Positions 12,810 to 25,400 of a stretch of DNA of 64,000 bases are shown one piece after another. Within the stretch, counting starts at the first letter, position 1, and every line of letters starts with the position of its first letter. A model generated the notes under the pieces. That model was given only the letters and a program-made list of their open reading frames with translations, did no database searches and had not been told where the DNA came from. The stretch is from Macrostomum hystrix (Eukaryota > Animalia > Platyhelminthes): the NCBI GenBank assembly GCA_950097015.1, contig CATNEN010000003.1, forward strand, positions 5,890,001-5,954,000. The letters run 5' to 3'. A program made the translations under genes and the position numbers.

Positions 12810-13204
12810 ATGATCTGGCAGATATTACGCCTGACTTTACTTTCGAGTCCTCCCTCAGAGGATGAACTAAATATTTCGGGACCGATAACCAAATGGTATG
12901 ATAACCAAATGATAACCAAGTCATTACTCCCAATACAGAATGGACTCTGGAGAGCAACCTATCCCTGCAATAGGACATTCTCTTTTTAGACACTGCCAAA
13001 GAGTCTAAACTGGCTACGAAAACAAAATGCAAAGGGAAAAAAATTTACTGTGGTAAAGGAAAACAGGAAATACATATTTGCATGATGCAAAATTCAATAA
13101 AGGATTCGGGATCCATAAACACATTTTCTCAGTTGCAGCATAACAAGCTGTCTAGTCAGCAATGTCCAGGATTAAAAATTAAGCTTTCAAAAACGGAGGA
13201 TAGA

Positions 13205-13790
13205 GGGAGACGGGAGAGCGGAGTATTGGGCAGAGAGGAGAGCGGAATATTGGGCAGAGAGGAGAGCGGAGTATTGGGCAGAGAGGAGAGCGGAATATTG
13301 GGCAGAGGAGAGCGGAGTATTGGGCAGAGAGGAGAGCGGAGTATTGGGCAGAGGAGAGCGGAGTATTGGGCAGAGAGGAGAGTGGAGTATTGGGCAGAGA
13401 GGAGAGCGGAGTATTGGGCAGAGAGGAGAGCGGAATATTGGGCAGAGAGGAGAGCGGAGTATTGGGCAGAGAGGAGAGCGGAGTATTGGGCAGAGAGGAG
13501 AGCGGAGTATTGGGCAGAGAGGAGAGCGGAGTATTGGGCAGAGGAGAGCGGAGTATTGGGCAGAGAGGAGAGCGGAGTATTGGGCAGAGGAGAGCGGAGT
13601 ATTGGGCAGAGAGGAGAGCGGAGTATTGGGCAGAGAGGAGAGCGGAGTATTGGGCAGAGGAGAGCGGAGTATTGGGCAGAGAGGAGAGCGGAGTATTGGG
13701 CAGAGGAGAGCGGAGTATTGGGCAGAGGAGAGCGGAGTATTGGGCAGAGGAGAGCGGAGTATGGGCAGAGAGGCGAGCGGAGGATAGAGA
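13205..13790. repeat. Purine-rich minisatellite, 24/22-bp unit GGGCAGAGAGGAGAGCGGAGTATT
   Basis: Directly visible; it explains the three repetitive ORFs in the track. Confidence 0.95.
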
Positions 13791-15008
13791 GGAGGCTGCT
13801 CGAATGGCGCTTCAGTCTTTTGTTAGTGTGCGGTGCTAAACATTTTCCAGTGCTGTGTTGTCGAGATCCAAGAGTGTTTCTTTGCTCTTACGTCACAAAA
13901 GATTCTCATTGAGCAGTTTATATGTTAGATAATCAGATTCCTCATGCAGCGGGCAATTCGACTATTTCCACTGAGGTCAAATTGGCCAAACATGAAATCG
14001 CAGCATTTAGCACCTTTCGCATCCCTAATATGTTTTATACAGCATGAAATGCTAGGGACTTCATGAGGGCGCCTGACGCGATGAGGCAACAGACTGACAC
14101 GCAGCAAGCAGGTAACATTTTACTCATATTGAACACTGATTTGGCCTTATTGTGTCATTCGCACATTTTGGGAACTAGGGCTCGTATGCGGACAACAGGA
14201 CTATTTATTCATGTTGCACTGCACGTGGAAATATTCTCAGCTCTGCTCATATTCTCCGTGTATCTTCAGTCCCCTCATATAATCCAGTTTCTTTTTCTCC
14301 TACCTCCTCTCCACTCACTCTTACTAGTTTTTTACTCTGCGAATCTGTCACTCGTCACTCACTCTACTAGCCTGTCACTCTCTCTCCTCAGCTTTCTAGC
14401 TCACAGACGCTGAAATCCTCTGCTCATCTATCGCCTGATAATATGACCATCCCCAGATTAAAGGTTTTCGCGTCTTCGAATTTCCATTGTAGCCATGAGC
14501 CTTGTCACAACTGTACTAGTAAAACCAAACGGAGTGGAGTGAAGCGGAAAGCGATCCAAGAGAGTAGTCGAGCTAGGTAGCATTTCCATCCTCAAATCCT
14601 CAAATCTTCACACATGCTCTCAAATCCCATCTCTCTCTCCCTCTCCGCCTTTGCTTCGTCTCCGTCTCTCTTGTTCTGACACAGAAATTCCCCTTAGCAC
14701 TTTAGCTCACTGACCATTCACAGATGATAATAATAATAATAACAATAATAAGTGAGTTGGAAATTTGTTTTGGTCAACAATTTGATGAGCCATTGTGACA
14801 AATCAGCACGCGATGTAGATGGCCAATAAGGTCGATTGCTTCAATATGCCCGCTTAATTTGATTGGCTGGCAGTTCTGTCCTTGACACCCCAGACTTTCA
14901 TACCAGACCTCATATAATTGTCGACGTTTCATTTTCCTTCAATAAAATGAAAATTGTCCTTTGATAAATTTTAATTTCCCATACTTTCATACAATTTAAA
15001 GCCACTGC

Positions 15009-15828
15009 ATGAACTTCGAAATAGGTTTAAGCAAGTGCTTACAATTTGAGTTTGACCAGCCAGGTCCCCTCATGGAGAGCCTTGCCTCAGTGACTTTGGA
15101 TACAGTAACTGCCGGATCGCCATCAAGCGCCAGCAGCGGCGCTGCAGGATCGCCATCAACCGCCAGCAGCGCCAGCAGCGGAGTGTCGGACAACGGCGAC
15201 AACGACTGCTAACGGCGGCAGCGGCTGCAACGGTACCAACGGCAGTGTGACTGCCTACGGCTACTACAGCGGCTACGGCAGCTACAGCTATGCTGTCAAC
15301 GGCGACAACGGCGCAAAACGGCGAGAACAGTGGCAATGGCTACGGCTACGAGGTCAACGGCAGCTACCGTGCTAGTCATAGCAGTGCTGCAGCCTGGCCA
15401 GCAATCTGCTCGCCGACCACGCAGGCCACAGCCAGCACAGCAGCTCGAAAACCCGAAGAGCCAGAGCCAAAGACGAAGAAGAGAGCAAGAGAGCCGGGCG
15501 TTGCTACACGTGTCCATATCGACCCAACTGCATGGTGCGCAACTCCAGATTCGCGCAGCATGTAAGAGACTGCCACCGTCAAATATACAACAGCTGTCTC
15601 CAAAAGTGTCAGAACGATACTTCAAAGGTGCACTTTCAAATGCACCGAGAGCGTTTTAGTCCGCTGCTGGCAGGTGTCACCTGCACCGAGTTTCGAATTT
15701 TTATCGAAACGCAAGTGAGTAGCTATCGAAAGATGCTTTTCATATTTAATTGCATTCAGATGCATTCAGCTTCATTTTTAATTTATCACCAGAAATGGAG
15801 GCGAGAGTTTTGGAAGTGGCAGTTCTGA
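15009..15828 (+). pseudogene. Frameshifted low-complexity gene with a U11-48K/GTSF1-type zinc finger variant
   Basis: The frame of ORF 15532, read upstream from 15511, gives CPYRPNCMVRNSRFAQHVRDC (C-x5-C-x9-H-x3-C). Upstream Gly/Ser/Tyr-rich sequence lies in other frames. Confidence 0.4.
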
Positions 15829-16679
15829 GTCGCCCTGTGCACCCGAAATCTGCTACTGGTCTATTCGATTCCCATCATACCTGCAACTATTAAATTCAAT
15901 AAGTAAATAACAAACATGTTTTATCTTCTTCAATTCGCCATCTTCCTTTTCAGGCACTACTGAGAGAGACAACCGAACTATAGAGAGACAATGATTGCAG
16001 CTATTTAAGGTCGTGCCCTGCATGTTGCGATGCTTTGATTGGTTATCAAAGTCAAAATCGGTTGTCAAAGCGATTTATAATCTCTAAACAAGCTAAAGCT
16101 TGCGCAACGTATTTAAACTGTAATTGTTCCGAAAGCAAATTGTGAATCGTGAGATCGATGAGAAATGCTGACGGATGTGAAATGTTCCTTACGAGCCTGA
16201 TTTCATATTCATACAGTTTCTGTATGAAATGTGTGAACTGACGAAAAGAACCCCAATGTAGATAATTATATTCCCGTGTGATCTGACTAGCTTTGGATTT
16301 GATTTCAACCAAAAAAATACACCAACGAAAAAATACTATACTACTACTATACTTGTTGTACTACTAGAAGTATACTAGTAGTATACTAGTATAATATATA
16401 TATATAATGCAATTCTATTGCATTTAATTCAATTTTTTAGAATTTTATAGAATTTGATTGAATTTAACTCCGTAACATACTATATAATCTACCATTGCTA
16501 AAAATACATACTCAATTTTGCGCAACTTCAATATTGCGTCTATGGTTTTATCGTGAGGACATTTACATACGATCAATAACTTTAAACAGATTGAATGACT
16601 AGAAAACACATGCACACTGAGCTCTTCTATTTTCCAGCTCAGTATTTCAGAGTGATCTTCTATGTGTTAATACTCGTAG

Positions 16680-17621
16680 TTGATCAGAAATGACTCAGAA
16701 ATGACATTGCAGGACGCACAAAGACATACGATACTGCAAAAGACATCGAGGCTAAAGAGAGCTGGCTATCGAGAAAGAAAGGCAGTAAGGTTTCAATTAT
16801 CAGCCAGCGATAGCTCTCCGAAAAGCAACGAGCTACCTGATCAGACTTCTGGTGTCTACACAAAAGACGATCCTGTTGTATCAAACTCAAAGATGTCACA
16901 AATAGAAAATATGAGCCCAGAAAATTTATCTAAAACTACTTCATCCGAAAAGCCTCACTCTGACATAGGCGGCTGTGACGACATTTACGACCCATCAAAA
17001 AAAAGTACCTACATCCGTCCGAAAAAGAAGAAGAGACGATGCACGCTAAAACCATGCGCAAATAATTATCAGGAAGACACGGAAACTGAAGATGAGAGCG
17101 AAGAAAATGAAGAGCGGGAAGGAAGCTTTGAGGCCGCTATTAGAAGCTTTGTCCTACCTCTGGAAAACAAAACCGATGGCACATGGACCGAGAAAGAAGC
17201 AACTGAGAGCCAGGATGAGTCAACAGATAGCGAGGAGGAGACAACAGATAGCGAGGAGGAGACAACAGAGAGCCAGGAGGAGGCAACCGAGAGCCAGGCG
17301 AAGACAACTGAGAGCCAGGAGGAGGCAACCGAGAGCCAGGCGAAGACAACTGAGACCCAGGAGGAGGCAACCGAGAGCCAGGCGAAGACAACTGAGACCC
17401 AGGAGGAGGCAACCGAGAGCCAGGCGAAGACAACTGAGACCCAGGAGGAGGCAACCGAGAGCCCGGAGGAGACAACTGAGAGCCAGGAGGAGGCAACCGA
17501 GACCCAGGACGAGGCAACCAATGAAGAAAATGTAGCAACCGGGATTGAAGAGGTGGCAACCAGTAGCAAATTGGCAAGCATGTTGGGACTAAGCAAAAGC
17601 CATGAAGAAAATGTGGTATAA
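16680..17621 (+). CDS. Orphan acidic ORF with 21/42-bp coding repeats (QEEATESQAKTTET) and basic NLS-like RPKKKKRR
   Basis: 313-codon open frame, about 170 codons of it non-repetitive; a coding-like continuation follows in a shifted frame after 17620. No family recognised. Confidence 0.35.
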   Translation: MIRNDSEMTLQDAQRHTILQKTSRLKRAGYRERKAVRFQLSASDSSPKSNELPDQTSGVYTKDDPVVSNSKMSQIENMSPENLSKTTSSEKPHSDIGGCDDIYDPSKKSTYIRPKKKKRRCTLKPCANNYQEDTETEDESEENEEREGSFEAAIRSFVLPLENKTDGTWTEKEATESQDESTDSEEETTDSEEETTESQEEATESQAKTTESQEEATESQAKTTETQEEATESQAKTTETQEEATESQAKTTETQEEATESPEETTESQEEATETQDEATNEENVATGIEEVATSSKLASMLGLSKSHEENVV

Positions 17622-18759
17622 CAAAAAATGAAATTTTGAGTAAATTTGAAACAGCAGACAACAAACTGATGGCAGCTAGAACGGCCGAAGAGGAAGACGA
17701 AATTAACAAACGAAATGTGAAAACATATCTAAAATAAAGGGATTCTATTAATAAAAAACAGGCCCAGCATGAAAACCAGTCTGAGAAAAACGAACTCTTT
17801 AAAAGCAGGTTTTGAAGTCACGTGATAATACTAATCTATTATTCTGCTTTTATATCATTGCTTTGAAGATCTTTGAGATTTTTCTGTTTAAAATAAAAGT
17901 TCAAACTTTCTGTGAAAAAGCTTTCATTTGCTTGAAAGATTAGCGTTGTCAAATGGATTTTTATTATTGAAACAATTGACAGAAACAGGAATAGATCAAA
18001 AGAAGCTTGAGATATTGACAAAATGTATCAACAGATTAACACTTGGTAGAACGATTAAAAAATATGACGTCAGTGGATCAGTAGATCAACTTCTAGGTAG
18101 TGTAAAAATGCTGGAAGCAAATAAATATTATTTTCTACAGAAATTATCCAATCGTTTGAGAAACCGAAGCAACTTTTCTGATTTCCGCTACTGTCGACCA
18201 CACAAAGTGGTCTTTCCTGAAAGCGATCAGATTATTTTGTTACAATCGTGCCAGCAACAGAAAAACCGTTTCCTGAATGTATCGCACAGTGATGTAGTAG
18301 AGTATTCAAATATTAAAGCTCTGTTCATTGACGCGAACCTCCTGAGTTTTCATTTACTACTTTTCATTCACTGTTTCGATCTACTCACATGAGTATTTCT
18401 AAGAACACTACAGATGAGTCGTAAAAATGCTTTAGTATTTGAAGCACTGACTGCTAAAACTCAGATTGAAAAGCAGTTAACGAAATAAAAAAATTAACTG
18501 AATTCTTTTTATTTCGAGTTCAATCTCCGCGTGAAAAAATTGTACGTTTAAACTAATTTTTTATTAGAGAAAGCACAAAATTATTAAACAAAGAACCATT
18601 ATTGTTTCGAGTTAAGCCCAACTAGATTACCAACGTGACCAACATTGCTAAGTGTCTAGTAGACACAAATGAATCACTGCGAGTGATAGTGTGATCAAAT
18701 ATGCTGATGCTATTTTTTACAGCTGTCATTTAAGTTACCCACATTTTGGCACTAAGGAA

Positions 18760-19761
18760 AAACCGAATAAGCCAAGCAAAGCAAAGCATTGGTTTGTGGA
18801 ATGAAGGGACGCGACAGCCCGACATTGTTCGCTAGTTGCATGCAGCATATCATGAAGATTCCCCCTCGAAGTCGGGGTGCAGCGCTTTGAGGACGGCTGG
18901 GAGACAGTCGAAGATTCTGCCATGCAGTAGAAGGCCAGCCACCACGCTCAACATGTTCATCATCGAGCACGTGCGTCAGGCACTTGGTGTCGACCGCCGG
19001 ATCACCGTGCGTGAACTGGCAGAGACAGTGGGTACATCACAGATGATCAGCAGCGCGAGCGGATCCGTGCATGTCAGCAGCTCCTGCAGGCCTATCGGAA
19101 CGACCCGAACGACCCAACCGGGGGATGAGTCATGGATCCATTACAGTGAGCCAGAGTCCAAGATGCAGAGCAGCGTCTGGAAGGCAGCTGGAGAGCCCAC
19201 CCCAGTGAAGGCCCTGGCTGCACTATCGGATGAAAAGCAGATGGCCAACGTCTTCCGGAACAAGGAGGGCATCGTGCTCATCGACTGGCTTCTACGTGGG
19301 CACTACCATTACCTAATTACATCCAAATTGGAGAAATTGGAGAAATTGCACGAAGCCATCAAGACGGAGCGCCGGCGCAAGCTGACCAGGGGATCTTGCT
19401 GCAGCTGGGCAACGCCGGGCCCCACACCAGCCTAGCAACAATGGCTGCCATCTCCAGCCTGGGCTTCGAGCTGCTACCGCACCAACCCTACTGGCCAGAC
19501 CTAGCACCGAGCGACTACTGGCTGTTTGGGCGGATGAAGGAGTCACTCAGAGGTCACCAGGCCCTGACCGTCAGCCAGTGGGTCAGAAGCACCCCCAAAT
19601 AATTATTTGCTGCAGGGATTAAGAAGCTACCAGAGCGCTGGCATAAGTGTGTGTGCCTCAAGGGGCACATTCATTAAGAAGGTCGATGACTAAGGTTTTT
19701 AGTTTTGTTGCTTGTTTAACAATAGTTCTTGTTTGTCCACGAACTTTCGGAACAACCCTCG
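18760..19761 (+). mobile_element. Decayed mariner (Tc1/mariner) transposon
   Basis: Motifs DRRITVRELAE, GDESWIHY, GNAGPH, HQPYWPDLAPSDYWLF and GIKKLPERWHKCV across frameshifts, stops and deletions; right TIR ..AACTTTCGGAACAACCCTCG followed by TA at 19762; left TIR not found. Confidence 0.92.
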
Positions 19762-19941
19762 TACAAGTACTGATAAGCATTAGCACTGAATCCATTCATG
19801 CCTACTAGTATCGAAACTACCCTGGGAAAGTAACACCTGTGCTAAAAGAAAGGACATTTATATCGCCGAAGCAGAACTGACAAAGTTGCCGCATTTTATA
19901 TCCAAAGCAAGACAGCTCTAAGCAACACATTTATCGCAAGA

Positions 19942-21315
19942 ATGAGTGTCCAAGCTGTTGTAGTTGGAGCCAACGGTTTTCTGGGGCGACGGCTCGTTGA
20001 AAAGCTCCGCCAACGCAGAAATTTGCGCATTTCGCCCAGCGAGAAGCTGCCCCTAGCAACCATTGTGCTGTTTGATGTAGCCGAATCCCAGGACAATTTC
20101 ATGAAGCGTCAGTGCCAGGAAGACAATCGCTGCGTGTTAGTTTTGGGCAACCTGACCAAAGCAGAGGACACAGCCGAGGCACTCACACCCCGCGCTGGTG
20201 ATTGCCGATCGGTGGTGACTTTTCATCTCGCTGCCATGCTCAGTGGACACGCAGAAGTCAACTTTGATCAGGGAATGCAGGTAGGCAGGTGGTCCACTAC
20301 CTAGAGTTTCTCTATTTAACACTCCATTTTTCCCCTGAGGAAAGCTCACGGGTACTTTAAATACCCACTTCACGATTCCCAAACCAAATGACAGACGTGG
20401 TCTTTCTAATGTTAAAGTACGAGCTATTTTAATAAGCTAAGCTGAACAAATTACTGCGAAATCAAAACCTATTTAGAGCTTCATGTGTTGAGGATCAACC
20501 AAACACATATCCTCAATCGTTGGCATCCTGTAGGTAAATTTATTCGGTGCCATCACAGTAATGGAACAGGTCCGCCAGCTGAAGTCGCGGCTTGGCCGGC
20601 CGCAAATATATGTCTACGCTAGCACCGACTACGTTGCCTGCTTTAATGAAAATAATCGTCGACTGCCCGTCAACGAGGAGTGTTTTCGATTGTCTCCGAC
20701 ATCCTACGGAGTGCACAAAGCCTGCTTGGAGCTGCTTGTGTGCGACTACAGCCGGCAAGACTTCATTGACGGCCGCGTGGCTCGCATCTCGGCTGTAATT
20801 GGTCGGCCAAGTTTCAGCAACAGCGTCTCCTCGTCCTACAGCATGATCTTCACACAGACGCTGCTCGGACGAGCCTTCACCGTTTATCCCGACATGGACT
20901 ATCCTTATCCGTGTTCTTGCATTGAAAATGACAGTCGCTGTCTGATCCTACTGGCTGGCAAAGTTTCAGCCGAGCAGTTGGGCCACAATCGGGTTGTTCA
21001 GCTGCCAGCAAGGTAACTTTCTGGACAAACAGAATTTCGCTTACCTCTCATCAGGTATCCCCAATGGTCTCCGTACTCAGGTCGCTGACGTTGCGTCAAA
21101 TCTGGGAGTCAACCCAGCGCATCGCAGCCGAGTTCAACATCCGTCTGGGCAGCATCACGCAGTCTAGCCTGGAGCAATCGCCGTTCAGCTTCAAGACGAT
21201 GAACGTCGTGCCAGCCGTGGATCATTCGAAAGCGATTCGATTGGGCCTACCCGACTGTGTTGATCTGGATGAAATCATCAGGGACTATGTCAGGCGCTAC
21301 GTTATCACGCAATGA
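19942..21315 (+). CDS. NAD-dependent epimerase/dehydratase (extended SDR), D-erythronate dehydrogenase DenD-like; exons 19942-20280, 20534-21012, 21081-21315 (350 aa)
   Basis: GANGFLG Rossmann motif, FHLAAMLSGHAEVNFDQGMQVN, catalytic YGVHK (YxxxK), DYSRQDFIDGR. Both introns are GT-AG and preserve the frame. Confidence 0.88.
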
Positions 21316-22194
21316 AGCTCAGCCAACGAACCATGAAATTATTAGAAGGTGATTACTGCTTTGAAATTACTTCAGCATTCCTTTGAGCTGATTGTTACCT
21401 GCGAAAAGAAATTAGTGTGAATAACTTCGTCAAGGCGAAGTAGAGCTTGATGAGTCGTGAAAAGTAAAAGTATCGTGAAAGTACTTTATGTACTTTTTCA
21501 TTCTCATTTGTTTCGCTGTCAGTTTGAATTACGTTTGAAATTAATTTATAAGAAGTCACAGATACAAGCAATGCTTTAAATAGTTAATGAGGTTCCCAAT
21601 GCGATAGAATGATATAGTTATTTTTTTTAAAGTTTAATACCGAGCAGGGACAATTTTGTCAGACTAAAATAGCTTTTATGTTTATGAAACATGAGGCAAT
21701 TGGACAGGAAGTTTAGACACTGACAAAAAGTATTATAACAGTTTGAATGACAGCAATCGCACTATTGAGGTCTAGCCTACAGCTGATTAGCAAAACAAGA
21801 ATGTGAATTTTACTGCCAGAATAGATTTTGATTAAATGATTAATAGTTTAATATTCCAGTGTTATATCGTCAAATACTATTTCTTAGACAAATAATGAAG
21901 AAGAAACAAAAAGCATAGATGAGCATTTTCGCAACTACAAAGCATTTTGTAAAAAAAGCATTTAGCTTTTATACTAAACTATAGAAAATTAGTTATGATT
22001 TCTAGTCGTATTTACCAGTGTATCTATGATATTAAAACCGGATAAGAAATGAGGTACACAAATGAAGTGATACGAAGGCTTTAGAAATGAGACAATGCGA
22101 TTATCAGACAATGCTTTCGTTGAGACTGATGCACGTTAGAAACATGAGTATTAAGTTTACTTTCAGTTAAGTTTACGCGACTTCAATTCAGGCT

Positions 22195-22400
22195 TTCAGT
22201 CAGCTACTCATTCAGTCAGCTACTCATTCAGTCAGCTACTCATTCCGTCAGCTACTCATTCAGTCAGCTACTCATTCAGTCAGCTCTACTCATTCAGTCA
22301 GCTCTACTCATTCAGTCAGCTACTCATTCAGTCAGCTACTCATTCAGTCAGCTACTCATTCAGTCAGCTACTCATTCAGTCAGCTACTCATTCATTCAGA
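22195..22400. repeat. Minisatellite, 16-bp unit TTCAGTCAGCTACTCA
   Basis: Directly visible, ~12 copies just downstream of the FREM1 stop codon. Confidence 0.93.
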
Positions 22401-22460
22401 CCTACATTGAATTCTTATTCAAATGAAAACAGAGAAGCGTTGAAAAAAACGATTTTTCAG

Positions 22461-25400
22461 TCAGCTGATCCGCATGAGGTTCCGGTAGGCGCGGCTAGTC
22501 AGCTGGTAACGAACCGTCAGCTGGCACACGTAGGGAGCCTCCCAGTCCTTTCTTGACTGCCTTCGCTGGCGTCGCTGGCGCAGCTTCTCCTGGCGATGCT
22601 GGCGTCGACGTCTCACCGATGGCTGACTGCAGCGTCGGCTCTTCAGCCAGCGGTTGCGATGAACAAAAGCGCAGTCCGCTCGACGACGCGGGTGTCCTGG
22701 CGCCCATTGCAAACCAGCGGCTAGAGCTACAGCAATGTCCGCTCCGCTCGGCTGCTGCCACACACCCGTGTCTTTGTGGCGGCTTAGACCTGAGAATGAG
22801 GAACAGAAAGACATCCATGTGGAGTTACTTCATGTACGTCCGTATACTTTCAAAGATACCTGATGCGAGTTCTTGGTCACCTAGACGACAGTGCGAGACT
22901 TGACCTATTTCTACTTAAGATTAATCAAGTTTTCGTCTCTTTGTTTCAATCTTCTTAAAAACTGAATTTTAACACTTCATAGCTGACTGTGGCTATTTAA
23001 AACTTATCAATTCATTAACAGTAGAAAGATCACGAGGGTATTTCAAATACCGACATTATTTTCTGAATCTCCTAAAATATTCAACCAATCCTCATTTAAA
23101 TCCGGAAATCGGCCTAAAATGTCCCACTCTATGCGACGAAACAACTTCCGAAATCACGAAGCGTCGGCTTCGTCAAGATATTTAACGATTCTCGCGTCGG
23201 TATGTCTGGTGACAAAAAGCACCAATATGATTTTGTCGGTACTTTCATAGCGCCAATAAAATACGTTTTTACAGAATATCTGAGTCAATCTAAGTCTTCT
23301 AATTACGAACTCACCAATCCAATAGCGCTTCTTGGTTTTCAGATTTCGCCGAATCCACTGCATCTCTGCGGCTCCGTTGAGTTCCAGAAGTGCAGCTGAG
23401 TACTTTGCGCACTCGACTACCGCCGACGTGTAGTTTAGTCGCGCTTTGAACAGGCGAACACAAGACGCACCGGACATCGCTTTCCACCCTGGCAGAAGTT
23501 GAGAAGACATGATATTAGTTCATGAACTATCACAAATGCCTACGAAAATCATTCAAAAAATTTCTAGGCCTACCTGTTGGACAGCTAATTGGCCTGTGGG
23601 TAATGGTGTCGTCATTTTCCTTTCGATAACCAGTAGCTCCAATCTCTTGTTCTTTTTCTTGATTCTGTTTCGAAGATTGCTTCGGCTGCTTTTGTCGTTG
23701 TTGCTGCTGCTGTTGCTGAGTTTCAACGCTCTCCAGTGTCACCCAGCGTCCACCGTTGCAAATGTAGCGAATTCCTCGACTGTTTGAACGCTGCTCGCCG
23801 CTCAGGTAGACAGTGCAGCGTGGGAACTGAAAATTAGCGGCCAAAGTAATTGCGCCTCAGCGGTATGTTTTTTATTATCAGGGCAACTGATTTTGTAATG
23901 GTGCGAATTGCGTTAACAGTTTTTTTGCTTCAGTAGTTAATTAGCTACTGTTTTAGTTATATTTTATTAGGCTGTTACAATCTTCGCAACAACAACGTTG
24001 CGAAAAGCTGTAAAACGACTGCAAGAAAAGTTTTCTTAAAATGGTTAGAATGAAAAGCATATAAAAATATTGGCGAACATGCTCTAGAGAAAATATGACT
24101 ACAAACCAATTTAGACTCAATTCGATCGTGATACTTGTGACCTAGAACAACTTTTGCCATGCACTCATACGAGCAAATTTAAAAGTACACCAAACACATA
24201 AAATTTATCGCCGCTTAATTGAAGATGAATTAACAATTTGCTCAAGAAACCACCGTACCTAACTGACCTAATTAAAAAACGCCGTTCCTAGGAAAATCTC
24301 ATTACATTTAAACTATAGTATTGTATCCGGGATTTGAAATTTTCACACAGTTTTCGACTATCAATCGACGTCAAACTTACCCCATCGCTTCTACTTGACT
24401 TCTGCATCTCCTCGCTTTTGATTTTCCTCAGCGCCTCGCTCGATGGCACGTGAATTCCGAAATCCAGGCCTCCTGTGTGCAGATCCTGACGATTCTGATT
24501 GGCCGCTGGCTGTTTTCGATTCCACTTGTCTTTGTTGACAGAGCCTATTGACTGGACTTTCTCATTGTTCTGCCGTGACTTGCTATTTAACTCGCTTTTT
24601 AGATTGAAGCTTTTGAGTTCTTTTTTCTGCTGCTGCTGTTTCTGATGATCTGGTTCCGTTTCTGATGGAGCTTGGTCACCTTGCTAGAAATTTCGCGACA
24701 GTAGGTGGGAAATAGTCGATAATAAAATTGCATTCCGTTGGCACTAGTAAGCTTGGTGATGCCCGCGGAGAAGATTATGAGATTAGGAAGCCCGTTATGC
24801 AAGGTATGTACGGTCTGGATAAGCAAATATTGAGATCAATTGTAAGACAAGGCTTAAGGATTGCATTAGATCATCAATTAGCAGAAAATAGTAATCAGCT
24901 TATCACCTAGCTAAAGAATAAGCCAACTGCAACTTACTAGTCGATTTCGGGCCATGTAGTGCCTTAAGTAATATCTGAACAAGGCCAAGTCTCCGCTACT
25001 CGACGGGGTGAAGTGCGCTCCATCAGAGGCGCAGTCCCTGGCAGTGTCAGGGCTCAGCAGCACAGTAGCACGCGAATTTTTGCCTATCAGGGCGTTCCCC
25101 GGTGCAATGAGATCGATGTGTAGGCGCAAGTCTGAGCTCGAGTTTCTCTCGCTGATGTACAGACTGATTTGAGCTGTCCTGTCACCTGATTGAATGACAT
25201 TTGGTGAAAAATAAGGTCTTCAATATGGCTTTCAAATGATTATATTTTGAAAATCAGCTATATTGATCCCATTCTCCTCAACAAACCTGCATTGAAGCTC
25301 AGCGTTCTAGCAGAGCTAACTGTGAAGTCAGTTCGCTCCCGAGCCGATCCGCCAAATTCAAATCTCGCAAAGGCCGTCTGATCCAAGGCTCCCGACCGGC

